Counted from the stretch's first letter, positions 1-13,900 are shown. The stretch: 64,000 nt of DNA from Raillietiella orientalis (GCA_036172245.1 JAYWIR010000048.1:1-64000), one strand, 5' to 3'. The notes: generated by a model from the sequence alone, not told the origin. Made by a program: numbers and translations.

Positions 1-1515
1 ATGAGATCGAACGGATCTCCTGAGGGCGGCAATGGTACAGGTGTGGAAGAGCGAAAAGTTGCGCTGTCGCCTACCTGCTTCGGCCGGCCGTCGAGGCCGC
101 AGCTCGGGGCGTGCAGTTCGACGATCACGGTCGTGTGGGCCAGCTGACTCTCAGGTGGTCCGATGCGATCGATCTAATCGTCACAAACGTGTACGCACCG
201 AGCGGCGCAAACCTGATGACTAGGAGGGCGAGGAAAGAGTTTTTCCTTGCCCTCCGCCGAGTCTGGCTGACCGAAACAGGCGTGCAAAATGCCCATTTGG
301 TTGCAGGCGATTTCAACGTTCGCCTGAAACCAGATGGGCAGAATCCCGAGCGTGACCTGGTCAACGAGGTGTGCATAGCGGTGCACACCTGTAATTTGTT
401 GGTTAGTGCATTGGAGATGGAAGACTGCATTGACCACGTGTTTCTTGACGAGCACCTGTGCCCTTGCGTGGGCATGCGTGGCAAGTTACCGTGCGAGTTG
501 TCCGACCATCGACCAATCGTGATTGAAATCCTTCCATGCGACAAGGGCCCACCCTTGTCAGCGTGCCGTTTGCCAGGGGACTGGCTGAAGCTCCCGGACA
601 CGACGGAACATCTCCGCACGTTTATACGGAGCTCCAGGATGCAGACACTCCAGGATTGCGACCGCTTCAAACGGTCGGTCTAGGATTTCTGCAACCAGTT
701 TCCTATGCACCGCCTACCTGCGAAATTTGGGACCGGGGTTCGTAACGAACGAGCCTACCTGCAGGCCCGTCCTTACGCCAGGACCCCCGACATCCGCAGG
801 CTGGCGCAATACAGAGCGGGAGCCGAGAGACAAGCCTGGCAGTCCGGATCGGCCAGCTTGCTGGACGATCAGGGCCTGCTGCGGAGTTACTGCTCCTCCC
901 TGTATGCCAGGGCACCTTTGGAGAGGAACGTCTCACGACTCCTGCTTCCGGAAGGCGCTCCTGCGATCGGGGAGGAGCAGAGAAAGACCCTCGACGAGTT
1001 TTTCACGACGGACGAGATCCTCTTAGCCATCGGAAAGCTCAAGAGGCGAAAGGCTCCAGAAAAGGACGGCCTGCCCGCGAAGTTTTATCAAACTTTCGCG
1101 GCTGAGCTTACCCCCCTGGTACAGCAACTCACCTTGCTGATACGCGAAACAGGTGTCGTTCCCGCCTCGTTTCGTTCGGCAAAGGTGCGGCTCCTTTCTA
1201 AGGGAGGAGATCTGAGGAGCATGAACAACTGGCGTCTCATCACAATCGTGAATGCGGACGCCAAGTTGCTGGCTAACCTTTGGGCAGAGCGGTTGAAACG
1301 GGTTGCCAACATCTTCGTCAGCCCGGAACAGACATATGCTGTTTTGGGCGAAGCATGGAGGCGAACCTGTTCCACGCTTCCACCTGGCTAGAGCTCCAAC
1401 AAAAAGCAGCTTGGTGCGCAGCCGGAATTCCGCTGCGTGCGCCGGCAAGGAGATGGCTTGTCGGGTGGGGGTGGAAGCCCTTACAATCGGAATCGACTTG
1501 CGGAAAGCATTCGAT
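1..1515 (+). mobile_element. LINE family A, ORF2 fragment (EN + N-half RT), decayed, cut at DLRKAFD; runs off window start
   Basis: ORFs 111-683 (NVYAP, GDFN, IDHV, SDH) and 705-1391 (KAPEKDG, WRLITIVNADAK, PEQTYA); ends at GIDLRKAFD (~1490-1515). Confidence 0.9.
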
Positions 1516-3327
1516 TTTCACCCGGATTTCGCCGGGGCGTTGATTATAAAACAAACATTTACAAAGACGTGCAGTGGCTGGACCGTTGCACCAGCTACGC
1601 ACAAAGAAACACAGAGCCTGCCGGGTCACCGTTTCGCAGACCGGTACGGTCCATCACGGCAGCAGGGGGAAGGGGGAAAAACAAAAAACAAAACAAAAAA
1701 GAAAATAAAAGTTGGGAGGGTAAGGGAAGGGATCCCTGTTGCTGGTGGGGCCGTTGCATCCTTTGCGGGATGCCGGCAAGCGCCTTCTGTATTCCTGGTC
1801 CTAGGTGGGGCCATCGGGACGCCCTCCTCAGGAACTGGGAGGCTGGCTGGATGGCACCCTGGTCGCGTTGTCCTCCCGTAGCCTTGCTCCAAGCGGTGAC
1901 GATCCCGCGTAGGCAGCACAAAGCTGCTAACGAGGCCGCTGGCCGAAGGGCGTCAGCAGCGAAGAGGGCTTTCAGTGCGTCCCTGGGGTTGCCGCAGGGG
2001 ATTTCGATGACTGCGGCAAAGCGAAACCAAAGGGGCCGAAGGGCAACACAATCCACTAGCAGGTGGGGCAGGGACTTCCTCCCTTCGGGAGGAGCCGCAC
2101 CTTTGCCCAACGAAACGAGGCGGGAACGTAACTCGTTTCGCGTATCAGCAAGGTGAGTTCATGAGCCAGAGGGGTAAGCTCAGCTTCGAAAGTTTGGTTT
2201 AACTCCGCGGGCAGGCCGTCCTCCCCTGCAGCCTTGCGCCTCTTGAGCTTTCCGATGGCCGAGAGGATCTCGTCCATCGTGAAAGGCTCGTCGAGGGTCT
2301 TTCTCAGCTCCTCCCCGATCGCTGGAGCACCAATCGGAAGCAAGAGTCGTGACACGTTCCTCTCCAAAGGTGCCCTGGCATACAGGGAGGAGCAGTAACT
2401 CCGCAGCAGGCCGCGGATTTGGGCGGGTGCCGAGTGCTCCTGGCCCTGATCCTCCAGCAAGCTGGCCGATCCGGACTGCCAGGCTTGCCTCTGGGATCAT
2501 GCTTTGTGTTCCGACAGCCTGCGGATGTCGGGGGTCCTGGCGTAACGACGGGCCTGCAGGTAGGCTCCTTCGTTACGGACCTTGGTCCCAAAACCCGTAG
2601 GTAGGCGGTGCAGAGGGAGCTGGTCGCAGAACTCCTGGACCGACCGTTTGAAGCGGTCGCAATCCTGGAGTGCCTGCATCCTGAAGCTCCGCATAAACGT
2701 GCGGAGATGTTCCGTCGCGTCCGGGAGCTTTAGCCAGTCCCCTGGCAAACGCCACGCTAACGAGAGAAGGCCCCTTACCCGCGGATGGATTTCAATCACG
2801 ATTGGTCGATGGTCGGACAACTCGCACGGTAACTTGCCGCGCTTGCCCACGCGAGGGCACAGGTGCTCGTCAAGAAACACGTGGTCAATGCTGTGTTCCA
2901 TCCCCGGTGCACTAACCAAAAAATTACAGGTGTGCATCGCCATACACACCTCGTTGACCAGGCCACGCTCGGGATTCTGCCCATCTGGTTTCAGGCGAAC
3001 GTTGAAATCGCCTGCAACCAGATGGGCATTCCGCACGCCTGCTTCGGTCAGCCAGTCTCGCCGGAGGGCAAGGAAAAACTCTTTCCTCGCCCTCCTGGTC
3101 ACCAGGTCCGCGCCGCTCGGTGCGTACACGTTTGTGACGATTAGATCGATCGCATCGGACCACCTGAGATTCAGCTGGCCGACACGACCGTCATCGTCGA
3201 ACCGCACGCCCCGAGCCGCGGCCTCGACGGCTGGCCGAAGCAGGTAGGCGACTCCGCAACTTTTCGCTCTCCCACACCTGTACCACAGTTGCCCTCTGCA
3301 TATCTGTTCGATCTCTTGCGCTCGTAC
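1516..3327 (-). mobile_element. LINE family A, 3' part: EN C-half, RT N-part, internal deletion (~2085), C-terminal domain, 3'UTR and terminus
   Basis: ORFs 2497-3207 (EN), 2056-2460 (RT start) and 1595-2110 (SLPHLLVDC); terminal hairpin motif 1515-1545; closely similar to 1-1200 in inverted orientation. Confidence 0.9.
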
Positions 3328-3520
3328 AGTGCAGACGTGTTTCCGCGTCTATCCGCGCCAACGATCGGGCAACCTTGTGCCTGCGTTTTCGCTCGCACTT
3401 GTGTGTTCCTGTGCAATCTGCCAAGTAGCATAGTGCAACAAGGCCAGTACACTGGATTGTGTGGAGTAGCAAGCCACTGGATGCACTTCAGCTACACTTG
3501 AAGCGGCCGCATCCTCCGTA

Positions 3521-4684
3521 ATGGTTTCCTCGCCTACGGTGAGGAGTTACGCCGCAGTTACCTCCCAAAGACCAGGACCCTGCGATGCGGAGTTCCAGGC
3601 ATATGTGTCATCAGGATACATGCCTGCACTCCGTTATAAGGTCAGTGGGCCCCTTAACGGGAGAATCGGTCGTGAGCTTAATGATGAGCTCGTCCGGATC
3701 GGCGTTCGCGAGGAGGAACTCCTTGCCATAATGCCTGCTGGCAGGATGGAATATACGAAGATTCGGTGCAGGAACGCAGCACTTGTGCAGCGCCTTCTCC
3801 GTACGCCGTTGACCATCAGTGGCAAGGAAGTCCTACTTACCGCGATGGACGACTCTTTTGTCGTTCAATTGTCCGACATCGAACCGGAAATCTCCGACCG
3901 CGATGTCGTAAGTGTGCTGGCGAAGTTCGCCACCGTGCACGCTCTGTGGAGGAGGCCAAATCCTCTAAAGGATTTCCCCTCTGTCCACATTGGACAAGCC
4001 TCCGCGCAGATCACCATCGCGAACAAGCGTGTAGTGCCTGAGCAGCTGCAGGTGAACGGCACGGTCGTTCACCTGTGGTTCATAGGCCAGACTCGCGCGT
4101 GCGAGCAGTGCGGCAAGGAGGGGCACCGAATTAAAGAGTGTCCCTCTCCAAGATGCCGCTATTGCAAAGATTCCGGGCACGAAATCAAAAAGTGCCTGGT
4201 ACTTGCAAGAAAAAGAGCTGCAGCGGAAATTCGTCGGGTTCAAGAGACCACTGCACGAAAAGCCGCAGCGGCAAATAAAAAACGTCGTCCGCAAAAACTC
4301 GCAAAAAACCACGAGCGATCCGCGGATGAAAAGAAAGCATCCCCGCCCGCAACGCCCCGAAAGGGGAAAGTCACGGCGGGGAAGCCAATTAAAAAGGAGC
4401 GCGAGGGTTTGACGCGTGCCGTGCCTTCCCTCTCTGCCGAACTCGCAGGCACCTTTCCGAACCTGGAACCAGGAAATCTCCGTAACACCCTGGAGGGAAA
4501 GGTAGGAAAACAGGAAGATCGCAACAGTGCGAAGACTTCTTGCCCCGTTCCGTTGTCCCTTCCGAGTTCCGGACAGCCCCACTGCAGCGCAGGCCCCACT
4601 GCAAAGGCTACGAAAGCCGTAAAAAGCAGCGTCGCGACGAGCAAAAGCACGCTGCATGCAGTCGCCCCATCGCCGACTCGGCAG
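3521..4684 (+). pseudogene. Family E ORF1 N-part (gag-like, two CCHC knuckles)
   Basis: CEQCGKEGHRIKEC and CRYCKDSGHEIKKC; frame resumes after the duplicated SPTRQ at 10328. Confidence 0.85.
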
Positions 4685-4811
4685 TTTTCCCCAAGTCCCA
4701 CGAGGGGTGGGGTAAATTTATTTTTCTAAAATTTTTCTATAAAAACATTCACACTACAATCTCATCCATACCATTAGCACTTTTCTTTACCACTATGAAG
4801 TCCTTGGGTTC

Positions 4812-7800
4812 TCACAAGTTCTGCACACATGGTGGGTTTGCTGCTGTTTGGTCCCGGGCGTCGTCTTCTATCCTCTTCAGGATGAATCGGTACGTCCAGG
4901 CTTGCATTTTTCCACAGTTTTTAATGCCGATTTCCCTCTTCAGGAGCCCTTGTAGGATCTCCATCGGTGGTGCGGCTCTTCTCGCTTTTTTCATTTTCCA
5001 CCACCGCACAAGTATGGCGGTGATGAAGAGGGCGATGGTCGTCCTCACGATGGGATTGTAACAGGGAACATTACCATTCCCCTGAAACATCCCGGCGAGG
5101 ATCTCCATTACGGACCTGGTGGTGAGTCCGATGATTTTTTTCAGGATCAGCCAGTCATGCAGCAGTGTGGGACACGTCAAGACGTGAAGTCTCGTGTCGT
5201 CGTCGCCACATGCTGCGCAGTCTCGGTCTTCCCGTCTTCCTGTGAAGTGCTGCAATCGGGACCCACTCTGGATTCCTCCGTGATAAAACATCAGGAGGTC
5301 ATCCTGGGTGCCCGGCGGAAGGTCACTCCTCCAGAGCGTCGTGCCAATCGCTAACAGGTTGATCCGATCACTCCCGTAGCGATCGGCGGCTTCCTGGAGG
5401 GCACTAATATCACTGTGTTCTTCCTGAATTAGTCTTCGGAGGTTTGTTTTGGTTACCCTGGACCACGCAAAGTCGTTGTGATTGAACCACACTTCGCGAG
5501 TCATGAGGGCAAACCTTCCTAACATCATCTCTATATACCTAAGTATACGAGTGTGATGTAGGTACCCTCCTCGTTTCCATTCCTGGATTCGTTGAAGGGT
5601 AACTCTGGACCGCTGGTGGATCCAGCTTCTCGTGTCCGGCGGGACAGGAAGCATCCAAGGGATCACCAGGATGGACTCGTCCTGCCAGAGTACCCTACTT
5701 CTCGGCACGATCTTGATTTTGTGCTTTCGCACCAGCCGTTGCTTAATCGTCCAGGTTGGGTCGATTTTTTTCCATTCGCCTCCTCGGCCTAGCAGCGCAG
5801 TCATCAGTCCTTTCGAGTTGTTCAACAACAACGCGTAGGCCCTATGCGCCGCATACGGCCAGTCATCCCAGTGAGTGGCAATGTCCAGGATGTGTCGCGT
5901 ATCCATGATTTCTATGGAGTGTGCAAGCGACTTCATCCCGGAACCGCCTTCTTCCCTGGGACGACACAGGGGTTTCAGTCTTACTCTTGGGCGATAGTGG
6001 CCCCAGAGTGTTTTTCTTTGCAGCTTGTCGAACTCCCTAGTAGTGTCCTTGTTTATCCTCGCGAAGGCCGCCCCGAAGAGCACTTTTGGAAGGAGTACTT
6101 CGTTCCATATGTTGGCCTTTCGCTTCATTCCAAGGTCCGTTCGGGTGTACTTGGCTGCTTCCTTGGGCGTTTTCCCTAGGATCTCGGTCCACAATAGCTT
6201 CGACGCGGAGACGTCGCCAATGTAGACACCCAGGTACTTGGCCTTGTCCACCGTTCGGAATCCTCTCCCCGCTATAGTGGAGAGATCGAGGATTCCAACG
6301 GGCAAGAGCTGGCTTTTCTGGGCGTTGATCTTTAGACCGAGGCCTTGATCCATCAGGTCTACCACATCCAGAAACGCTCGCTGATTTCTCTCTCCCTTGA
6401 TAAAGAAGAGTAGATCATCAGCGTATGCCAGATGGGTTAGAGGCTGGTTATCGATTGTAATGTTTTGCAGTCGTAAGCTCTTCTCGATAAAGGACCACAA
6501 CGCCTCCATATAGATGACGAACAGCATCGGACTTAGCGAATCGCCCTGCCGGACTTCCCGTTCCATCCGGATTGCTGCCGTCTCCTGGCCGTTGATCTTG
6601 ATCCGGCAGTACTGCCTCTGGAGAACCGCCCTCACGAAGTTGCTGAAGTGTTCCGGAAGCCCTAGATTCTCCAGAACCTTCAGCAGCATCCCGTGGTCGA
6701 TGGAGTCGAAAGCCTTCTCCATGTCAGTGAACACAAGCGCCAGATTCTCGCCGACGTATCGGCTGAGTCCGACGGTGGCCTAGGCGCACTTGACATTGTC
6801 CGACATGTGACGTCCAGGGACTGCACACGTTTGGATCTGAGAGATGAGTCTCGACATGACCTTGCCTAAGCGGTTGGACCAGATCTTCGCCGACCACTTG
6901 GCATCCGAGTTCAGGATCGAGATTGGCCTCCATTGAGCGACCTGCGTGAGGTCGCCTCCTTTTAGCAACAATCTCATCCGACTCTCGTAGAAGGAATGTG
7001 GAAGTCTTCCTTCTTCATGGATGCAGAGGGTCAACTGGTGGAACACACGCAGGTAGGCATGCAAGTACCGCTGATAGTGAGTGATGGGTACGCTATCAGG
7101 GCCCGCTGCCACGTCCTTGCGTAGTTGACCAAACGCAGTCTTCACCTCGTCTTCGGAGAATTCCTCCTCCAGTCTGTTCCGCTGGAGATCGTCGGTCCTC
7201 TTCTCGAGGTAGCTCAGAAAGGCCTGTTGACTAGAGCGACAGAGATGTTGTCGCCTAAAGTGTTTCGTGTAATGCCTTTGAAAGGCATCCACGATGTCCT
7301 CAGACGACTGTCGCTTTTGAACGTCGTACTGGATGCAGAAGATATCTGTTGCCAGATTTCTCTTCTCCAGCACTCCCACTTCCCCTTTTATGTTCTTCAA
7401 GACGTACCGACTCTCGTACTGATCGAAGTACTTTGAGTGTGAGCGATCTTGGATGTTCAGCTCCCGCTACGCCTCCTGCCTTAAGCACCTATCTCCGAAC
7501 TGCATGTTTGCAAACAGGTGTATCCTGTGTTTCAGGCTGTCCCAGTCGGCGACTCTTCGGATTGTTGTTGCCCTCAGAATCGCCTCCAGGACAGCCTGAT
7601 GTCGGGATGGGTTTCGAACCAGGCGGGCATGCTAATGAGCGCCGCCCTGGTGCCTTGCCTCCGCGGAGAATTCTCCGTTCTTAGGGAAAACCGCACCAGG
7701 CGGTGATCGGACACCGTGGTCATAATGTCTCGAAACCCCTGGATGCGATTCCCAAGTTCGGTGCTGTGCAGGACGTGATCGATCGGCTTGTGACTTGCAG

Positions 7801-8344
7801 TTCGCCACACCAGTCTGAACTCGGCGGATAACCGCTGATACGCCGTCCTTCCTCTGGCGTCCTCGGAGTGAGTGATCTCTTTTAATATGTTGAGATCCGC
7901 AGCAACAATCACGACGTCCTTGGGAGCAACCTTTTTACAAAGTGCTGCATGCAGCGCCTCCGCACAACGATGTTTTAGCCTGTGCGGTCCGTACACGTTC
8001 ACCAGGATGAGGTGAACAGTAGCGGACCAGGCGAGTCGCACGCCGATGATTCGTCCGGGTTGGGGACAGAACACTTCCAGAATAGTGGGGGCCAAGTTGT
8101 TCTTGATTAGGACCGCCACTCCCTGCGTGTTCCGTTCTCCCTCGCTGACGAAAATCTGCCCGTTGAATCGCCGTTCCATTTGCTGACTAATCTCGAGACC
8201 CATCTTGTGGGTCTCCTGCAGGCACACTATGTCTTGTTGTGCGATGGTCCGCACAATCCTTCTTCTTTTTCCCTGGTCGACCATACCGTTTACATTCCAG
8301 GAGGCGATGTTCAGCCTCCTGGCGGTCGATAGGGAAGAGGCCAT
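4812..8344 (-). pseudogene. Family F ORF2 (APE endonuclease-RT-Zn finger), broken into 3-4 pieces
   Basis: SWNVNG, CLQET, NVYGP, ADLN, IDHV, SDH; WRPISILNSDAK; DMEKAFD, RQGDSLSP, YADD, KYLG; CAAC..HVLTC. Stops at 7574 and 6780. Confidence 0.9.
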
Positions 8345-8357
8345 AAAAGGGGAAGAC

Positions 8358-10124
8358 CTATTTCTTGGCCTTCCTGAGCTTCTTCTGTCTGAGAGAGCGT
8401 GCTCTTCCAGACAATGAAGAAGCAGCGGGCTTCTCGCTGCCGGCGTCACTCTCTGTTCCGGTGAGGTCGGTTACTTCCGCCTCCTCCGTCGAGTGTTCGG
8501 CCCGCTCGATCAGTTTTCGAGATAGCGTCTCTATCTGGACCTTGGCGCAGAAGTTCGCCTTTACGTCGAGAAGCTGTTCCTCTAGCTTTTCGCGCTCGGT
8601 GACCTCCACAACCTGGTTGACCTTCTCCTGTGCATTGCAGATCTTCTGCAAGATTTTCTCTTGCTGGGGACCGCTCTGCACCTCTAGGACTACATTAGCC
8701 AGTGATGCCAACTCCTCCGTAGATTGCAGGGCCTCCTGTGACACCGGAGTGGCTTCGGCTTTTTCTTCTTCCGCGCCTTCCTGCGCTACCTCCATCTTCT
8801 CGCCTTCTTGCTCTTCACCTTCCAGGATAAGAGGGGTTTCTTGCTCCTTGACGAGCATCCTTCTCTTTCCTTTCTTCCCTACCTGTACAAAGCCGTCTTC
8901 CGATACCGGGACGGCTTCTTTCACCTTCTTCGGCCTTCCTGCCTTCTGAGGCTGTTCCGCCTCCTTGGTGTTTCTCTCTCTCACGGGAGAGAGACCACGA
9001 ATCCTTCTGCAGTTTGCAAACTCCGGACAGCTCCATTTGGCATGTCCGTGTTTCTTGCAGAAGGAGCACACCTCTCGCTGCGGGCAGTTTCGGACTTGAT
9101 GTCCTACTTTGCCGCAGCGGAAACAACGACACGTTGGGCAAGCGCCGGCCCTGTGGCCGAACTGCTTGCACCCGGTACACAATATCGGCTGTTGCCGGTA
9201 AAGCACGTTCACTCCCTGGGATTGTTCGTCAAGAACGGCTAATCCAGGGATCACAGCTCCCTCTTTCAACTTCATTTTGGCGATCATGTCGCCAGAAAAT
9301 ATTTTTTTAGAGAAGTTCTGAAAATCAAGGTCCAGAACTTCCCCAAACTGCTCCAAGTAATTCCACACCGCTAGTTGCGGTGTGAGGATGGAGATGCCGT
9401 TTAAAAAGACGGTTGTGTATGGCATCTCGCCAATACCACAAACCATCCGTCCTTGTATATTGATCCCCTTCTGGATCAATCGCTCTCTAATGTTTTCACA
9501 GTCTGTAAAGACTGTGAACCCGTTGTTCGATGGAATGATCGCCTGAATGCGATCAAATTCTATGTCCGTCTTGTCGAGGGACAAATAGACCTCCCTGATG
9601 TTATTAAATTTTATTAGCCCCGTCTTGAAGATAATGGGCTTCACGTTGGGGCCTATTTCCACTATTGGTCGGTCCACTTTTAGTACTTTTCCGCTAAGCG
9701 GCTTACCGAATTTCCTAGGTGGGTGGACACTCGCCTGTCCAGCCGCCACCGACGCATAAGAAAAGGGCTGCGACGCCGCAGCCGAACAAGATGGCGTCGC
9801 TCCCTGCACCGCGTGGACGCCCGCGGGTCCCGCCTGGGACGCCACCGCCGCGGGCGCAAACCTCGACGTTGCCGCCGTTACCGCCGCGGGCGGCACCCTC
9901 GGCATCGCCGCCGCAGGCGCGACCTTCCCCGCCGCGGGCACGATCCTCGGCATCGCCGCCGCGGGCACGACCTCCGCCGTCGTCGCGGTGGGCACGACCC
10001 TTGGCATCGGCGCCGCCGGCGCAGCATAGCCCGCCGCGGGCGCGATCCTCGGCATGCCTGCCACCACCTCGCCGTTGCCGCACGTTACCTCCATGGCTTC
10101 CATGGGGGACGACGGTCTCTCCAC
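8358..10124 (-). CDS. Family F ORF1, 588 aa, three CCHC knuckles, Ala/Pro repeats, acidic coiled-coil tail
   Basis: CTGCKQFGHRAGAC, CFRCGKVGHQVRNC, CSFCKKHGHAKWSC; uninterrupted ORF. Confidence 0.85.
   Translation of the reverse strand: MERPSSPMEAMEVTCGNGEVVAGMPRIAPAAGYAAPAAPMPRVVPTATTAEVVPAAAMPRIVPAAGKVAPAAAMPRVPPAAVTAATSRFAPAAVASQAGPAGVHAVQGATPSCSAAASQPFSYASVAAGQASVHPPRKFGKPLSGKVLKVDRPIVEIGPNVKPIIFKTGLIKFNNIREVYLSLDKTDIEFDRIQAIIPSNNGFTVFTDCENIRERLIQKGINIQGRMVCGIGEMPYTTVFLNGISILTPQLAVWNYLEQFGEVLDLDFQNFSKKIFSGDMIAKMKLKEGAVIPGLAVLDEQSQGVNVLYRQQPILCTGCKQFGHRAGACPTCRCFRCGKVGHQVRNCPQREVCSFCKKHGHAKWSCPEFANCRRIRGLSPVRERNTKEAEQPQKAGRPKKVKEAVPVSEDGFVQVGKKGKRRMLVKEQETPLILEGEEQEGEKMEVAQEGAEEEKAEATPVSQEALQSTEELASLANVVLEVQSGPQQEKILQKICNAQEKVNQVVEVTEREKLEEQLLDVKANFCAKVQIETLSRKLIERAEHSTEEAEVTDLTGTESDAGSEKPAASSLSGRARSLRQKKLRKAKK
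9860..10060 (-). repeat. 48-54 bp tandem coding repeats (MPR[IV][AVP]P[AT]A, 4 units) in family F ORF1
   Basis: MPRIAPAA / MPRVVPTA / MPRIVPAA / MPRVPPAA in the translation. Confidence 0.8.
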
Positions 10125-10327
10125 TCCTCTTCTAGGTGCCTGGATCCTGGCAGCTGGTCTTGCTGCACGGGACCACTGCAGGTCTTCCGCCGCGATCTCC
10201 TCGGCGCTTCTTTTCTAGTTTCGTTTGGAAAACTTCCCCTCTCCGGGCACACACGAGCACAATGAACTGATTAAGTTGTCGAGCGCACAATACTTTGAGC
10301 CGCGAAAAAAGTTCACCGACTCGGCAG

Positions 10328-10988
10328 GAGAGGAGCAATCTCCCGACTGTCAGAAAGGTGACTCCGTTGCCACCTTTTAAAGGCGTCCCCAAAGCAACGC
10401 CTCCAGAGAACGCAGCGAAAATCCCGGAAATTTCCGCAACTACTGTCGCGGAAGCCTCCGAAAATCGCGGAAGCGAAAGAAAGGTTGTGAAGAGAAGGAA
10501 AGAAAAATCTCCAAAAACAGCTTCGTAACATCCATCCCTGAGCTCTTCCAAAGGAAAAAGCAGTCGCACGAATACGAAAACACGCGCGGCTTGTGCCTCT
10601 TTCTAGGAAAAAGCCAGCGCCTTCAACGCGTGCAAGTCCGCTTCTGTGACCACCGAGAAGACCATTCCGGTGCAATCGGACGGATGCAAGCGCACGTCGA
10701 TCGTGCGAGCATCAGACTCCGCAAAGGAGTCCGATAGCGCCGCTGAACGACGCGTTACTCGCGCGGGAGCAAGCGCCCGCAGGGCTGGAGCCCTGAGGCG
10801 TGACACACTCGCCGCGGAACGGCGAGTGCTCACCCCGGAACCCACAGGTTCTGCACCCGGGGAGGAAAACCCGATTACGTGCAGCACAGTTGAGACCGGT
10901 GGCGACCCCGCCCTCCAGCCCGTCGTGCTGCTTACTGCCCGCTCGTCGGGTGAATGCGAGCACCACGGCCTCGCTTTCCCAGCCGTGA
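10328..10988 (+). pseudogene. Family E ORF1 C-part
   Basis: In frame with 3521-4684 across the TSD; ends near GGDPALQPVVLL (homologous to family D ORF1 tail); TGATG at 10986-10990. Confidence 0.7.
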
Positions 10989-13900
10989 TGAGAGCAATCG
11001 CGTCTTCTCGTCGTGTTGCCGTAACGTCTTGGAACGTCAACGGGCTCCAACACGGGGAGAAGAGGCGACTAGTGGCTGACGCTCTGCGCGCCTTCGACTT
11101 GACGCTCCTGCAGGAGATTCCACAGCATCTCCGAAGAGCAGGCTGCCGAAATCGAACGGCGCGCGGGCGGAACGCTACTTTATAGGTGCGGCGTTGCACG
11201 TACGTGCGGCGTTGCTTTCCTCGTGCGAGGAACTTTGGCGGGAGCGGTGCGCAGCGTTCGTTTCGACACGGAAGACCGAGTGGGACAGCTTGTACTCAAG
11301 TGGTCCGACTCGATCGACCTTGTCGTAACCAACGTGTAAGCGCCGAGCGGTGCTGGGCAATAAGCCGAGAGGATTGAGTTCTTCGGTACCCTTCAAAGCC
11401 AGTGGCTCACTCGATCTCACCCTACTGTGGCCCATCTCATTGCGGGGGAATTTAACGTCCACCTGCTTTCCGAGAATAGATCCCACAAAAGGGAAAAGTT
11501 GCTAGCGGAAGAGATGTGCGCGTCCGTGCACGCGTGCAACTTGTTCGCTAGCGACCCTGTTATGGCAGCAACGCCGGACCACGTATACCTTGATGAACAC
11601 TTGCTCTCTCGAGTGGGTCGGAGAGGTCCCGTGCCGTCCGTGCTTTCAGATTACAACATGCTCGAGTTCGAGTTGCTCCCGCCAGGCAAGGGGCCTCCAA
11701 ACCGTTTTTGGAGGATTCGGGCAGACTGGCTAAGCCACCCGGAGGCGGCTGAGCATCTTCGCCAGTACCTCCTCGGCTTTGCCATAAGTGAGCTCGAGGA
11801 CTGGGACGATCTGAAAAGATCGGTCCGCGAGTTCTGCTGCCGGTTTCCCTTGCACCAGCTTCCGCGCGGCTACGGAGAGGGCGTAGCCAAGAGCAGAGAT
11901 TTTTTGCAGGCCCGTTACTTTTCCAGGCGCGAGGACGTTGGTCGATTATCCGAATACAAGTCCAAGGCCGAGCGCCAGGTCTGGCAGTCAGGGGCGACAG
12001 TTCTGCTCGACGACCAGGACCGGGAATGCTCGGCTCCAGCCGACGTGCGACAGATAGTCAGGCGCTATTACTCTTCTCTGTATGCAGAGGCACCGACGGA
12101 ATGCAGCCTCTTCCGGCTGCTTCTGCCGATTGATGCACCTGTTGTAGACGAAGAGGAACGCGAGCGTCTTTATGAGCCCTTCACGGCAGAGGAAATTTCC
12201 TCGGCCATCTCGGGGCTCAAGAGACGAAAAGCGCCAGGCGAAAATGGGCTCTTCGCGGAATTCTTCCAGTGTTTTGCGGCGGAGCTCATCCCTCTGGTGC
12301 TCCAACTCTCGTCACTGATGCGAGACTCGGGCGATGTCCCCGCCTCGTTTCGCTCAGCGAAGGTGCGTCTACTGCCGAAAGGCGGAGATTTGCGCCAACT
12401 GAACAACTGGCGTCCGATCACATTAGTGAATTCGGACGTCAAGTTGTTCTCGAAACTTTGGGTGGCGCGGATGGGTAGGATCGCGGAATCCTTGGTAAGT
12501 CCGGAGCAGACGTACGCTGTTCCTGGGCGGTCCATGGACGCAAATCTCTTGTTCATCCGCACATGGCTGCAATTGCAGCATCGTGTGGCGGTGGATCGTC
12601 GTGCGGAAGCGACGCCTTCGATCTCTCACCTACGGAGGCGCAAGACGCAAAGGGAGACACCGGGAGCCTTGGCGGTTGCAGTCGATCTGCACAAAGCTTT
12701 CGATTGAGTGAACCAAAAGCTTCTTCTTGAACTTTTGGAACGTCTGGGTCTTCCGGAATCCCTGTTGGCGTACTTGCGCTCCTGCTGGCGCCACGCGATT
12801 ACATCCATGGTTTTCAGTGTCTGTCGCGTGTACGGCGTGCCGGTACGACGAGGAATTAGGAAGGGTGATAGATTAAGCCCGCTGCTCTTCAGCATCTATT
12901 TTGAATTGGTACTGGAGGCTTACAAGCTAACGCTAGCCAACCTGCCGAGCTCCTTTCCAGGTACGCCGGTCGTGGCAGCCTATGCCGACGATCTGCTTCT
13001 CCTGTTGCCCATGTCCATCCCGGCGACATCGCTTGAAGACTTCTTTGAGTTGATTCGTCGCGGTGCGGGCGTGAGCGTTAACAGGAGTAAGTGTATGGTT
13101 GTTCCGGTGGGTGCGACGTGGTAGGGGCAGTCCGAATGGATCGACCTGGGGATCCCCACGGGCAGGTACCTCAGGTACCTTGGCGTGCCGTTGGGCGACT
13201 TCTGCATCTCAGAAGCGTGGTCGGACTGCCTTCGGAAGGCAGAGCGTGCACTTGGCCCGTTTTCAGGAGGCGAGTTCGTCTTGCCGGAACGGGTCTGCAT
13301 CTGGAACTCCTTCGTTGCCTCCCTCCTCCGCCCCCTGTTTTTTGTTTGTCCGCCCCCTCAGGAAGTCAAAGTCTGGGCGCAGCGCCTTCTACGCAAAGCG
13401 TTGTGGGGCGCTGCAAGATCCCGTGTTAGACTTAGAGACTTGGTGGCGCCGCGTCAGGATGCAGGCTTTGGCATCCTCGACTTAAACAGCATCGAACTGC
13501 AGGTGCAGTTTCGCATGCTGCGGCTTTGTGCCAAGCTGTGGTGTACGCAGTGGTGCTCACCCGCACGCCTTATACTGAGGCGCTGCACGGGAAGCGAGCG
13601 ACTGCTTTCGTTGCTACTTCACTTTCGGCACACCAGAATAGGGTTTGTCTTCCCGCTCAGGCAGCTGTCCTCACTGCTGGAAGCCCAAAGCTTGATCTCC
13701 TGCCGCCTCATGAACATAAATGCATGACGGCAGGAATCTTTTTCATCGTGGGCAGCTTCCGAAGGAACGCGCCCGGAAGATCTTCGACGCCTGCGACTTC
13801 TCCTCAGTCATCAAATGGAAGTCATGCAGGACAAGAAGTTGTCGGATCGTCTGGCCGCCACACCACTCGCCGAAGCGCTGTCTGCCCTCAGGGCAAGCAA

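Larger units (their letters stand above)
4685..10315 (-). mobile_element. LINE family F, full length, divergent from A-E
   Basis: TSD ccgactcggcag at 4673-4684 and 10316-10327 (14/15 if extended); ORF1 followed by ORF2 on the minus strand; 3' AATAAA + hairpin + AAAA at 4685-4722. Confidence 0.9.
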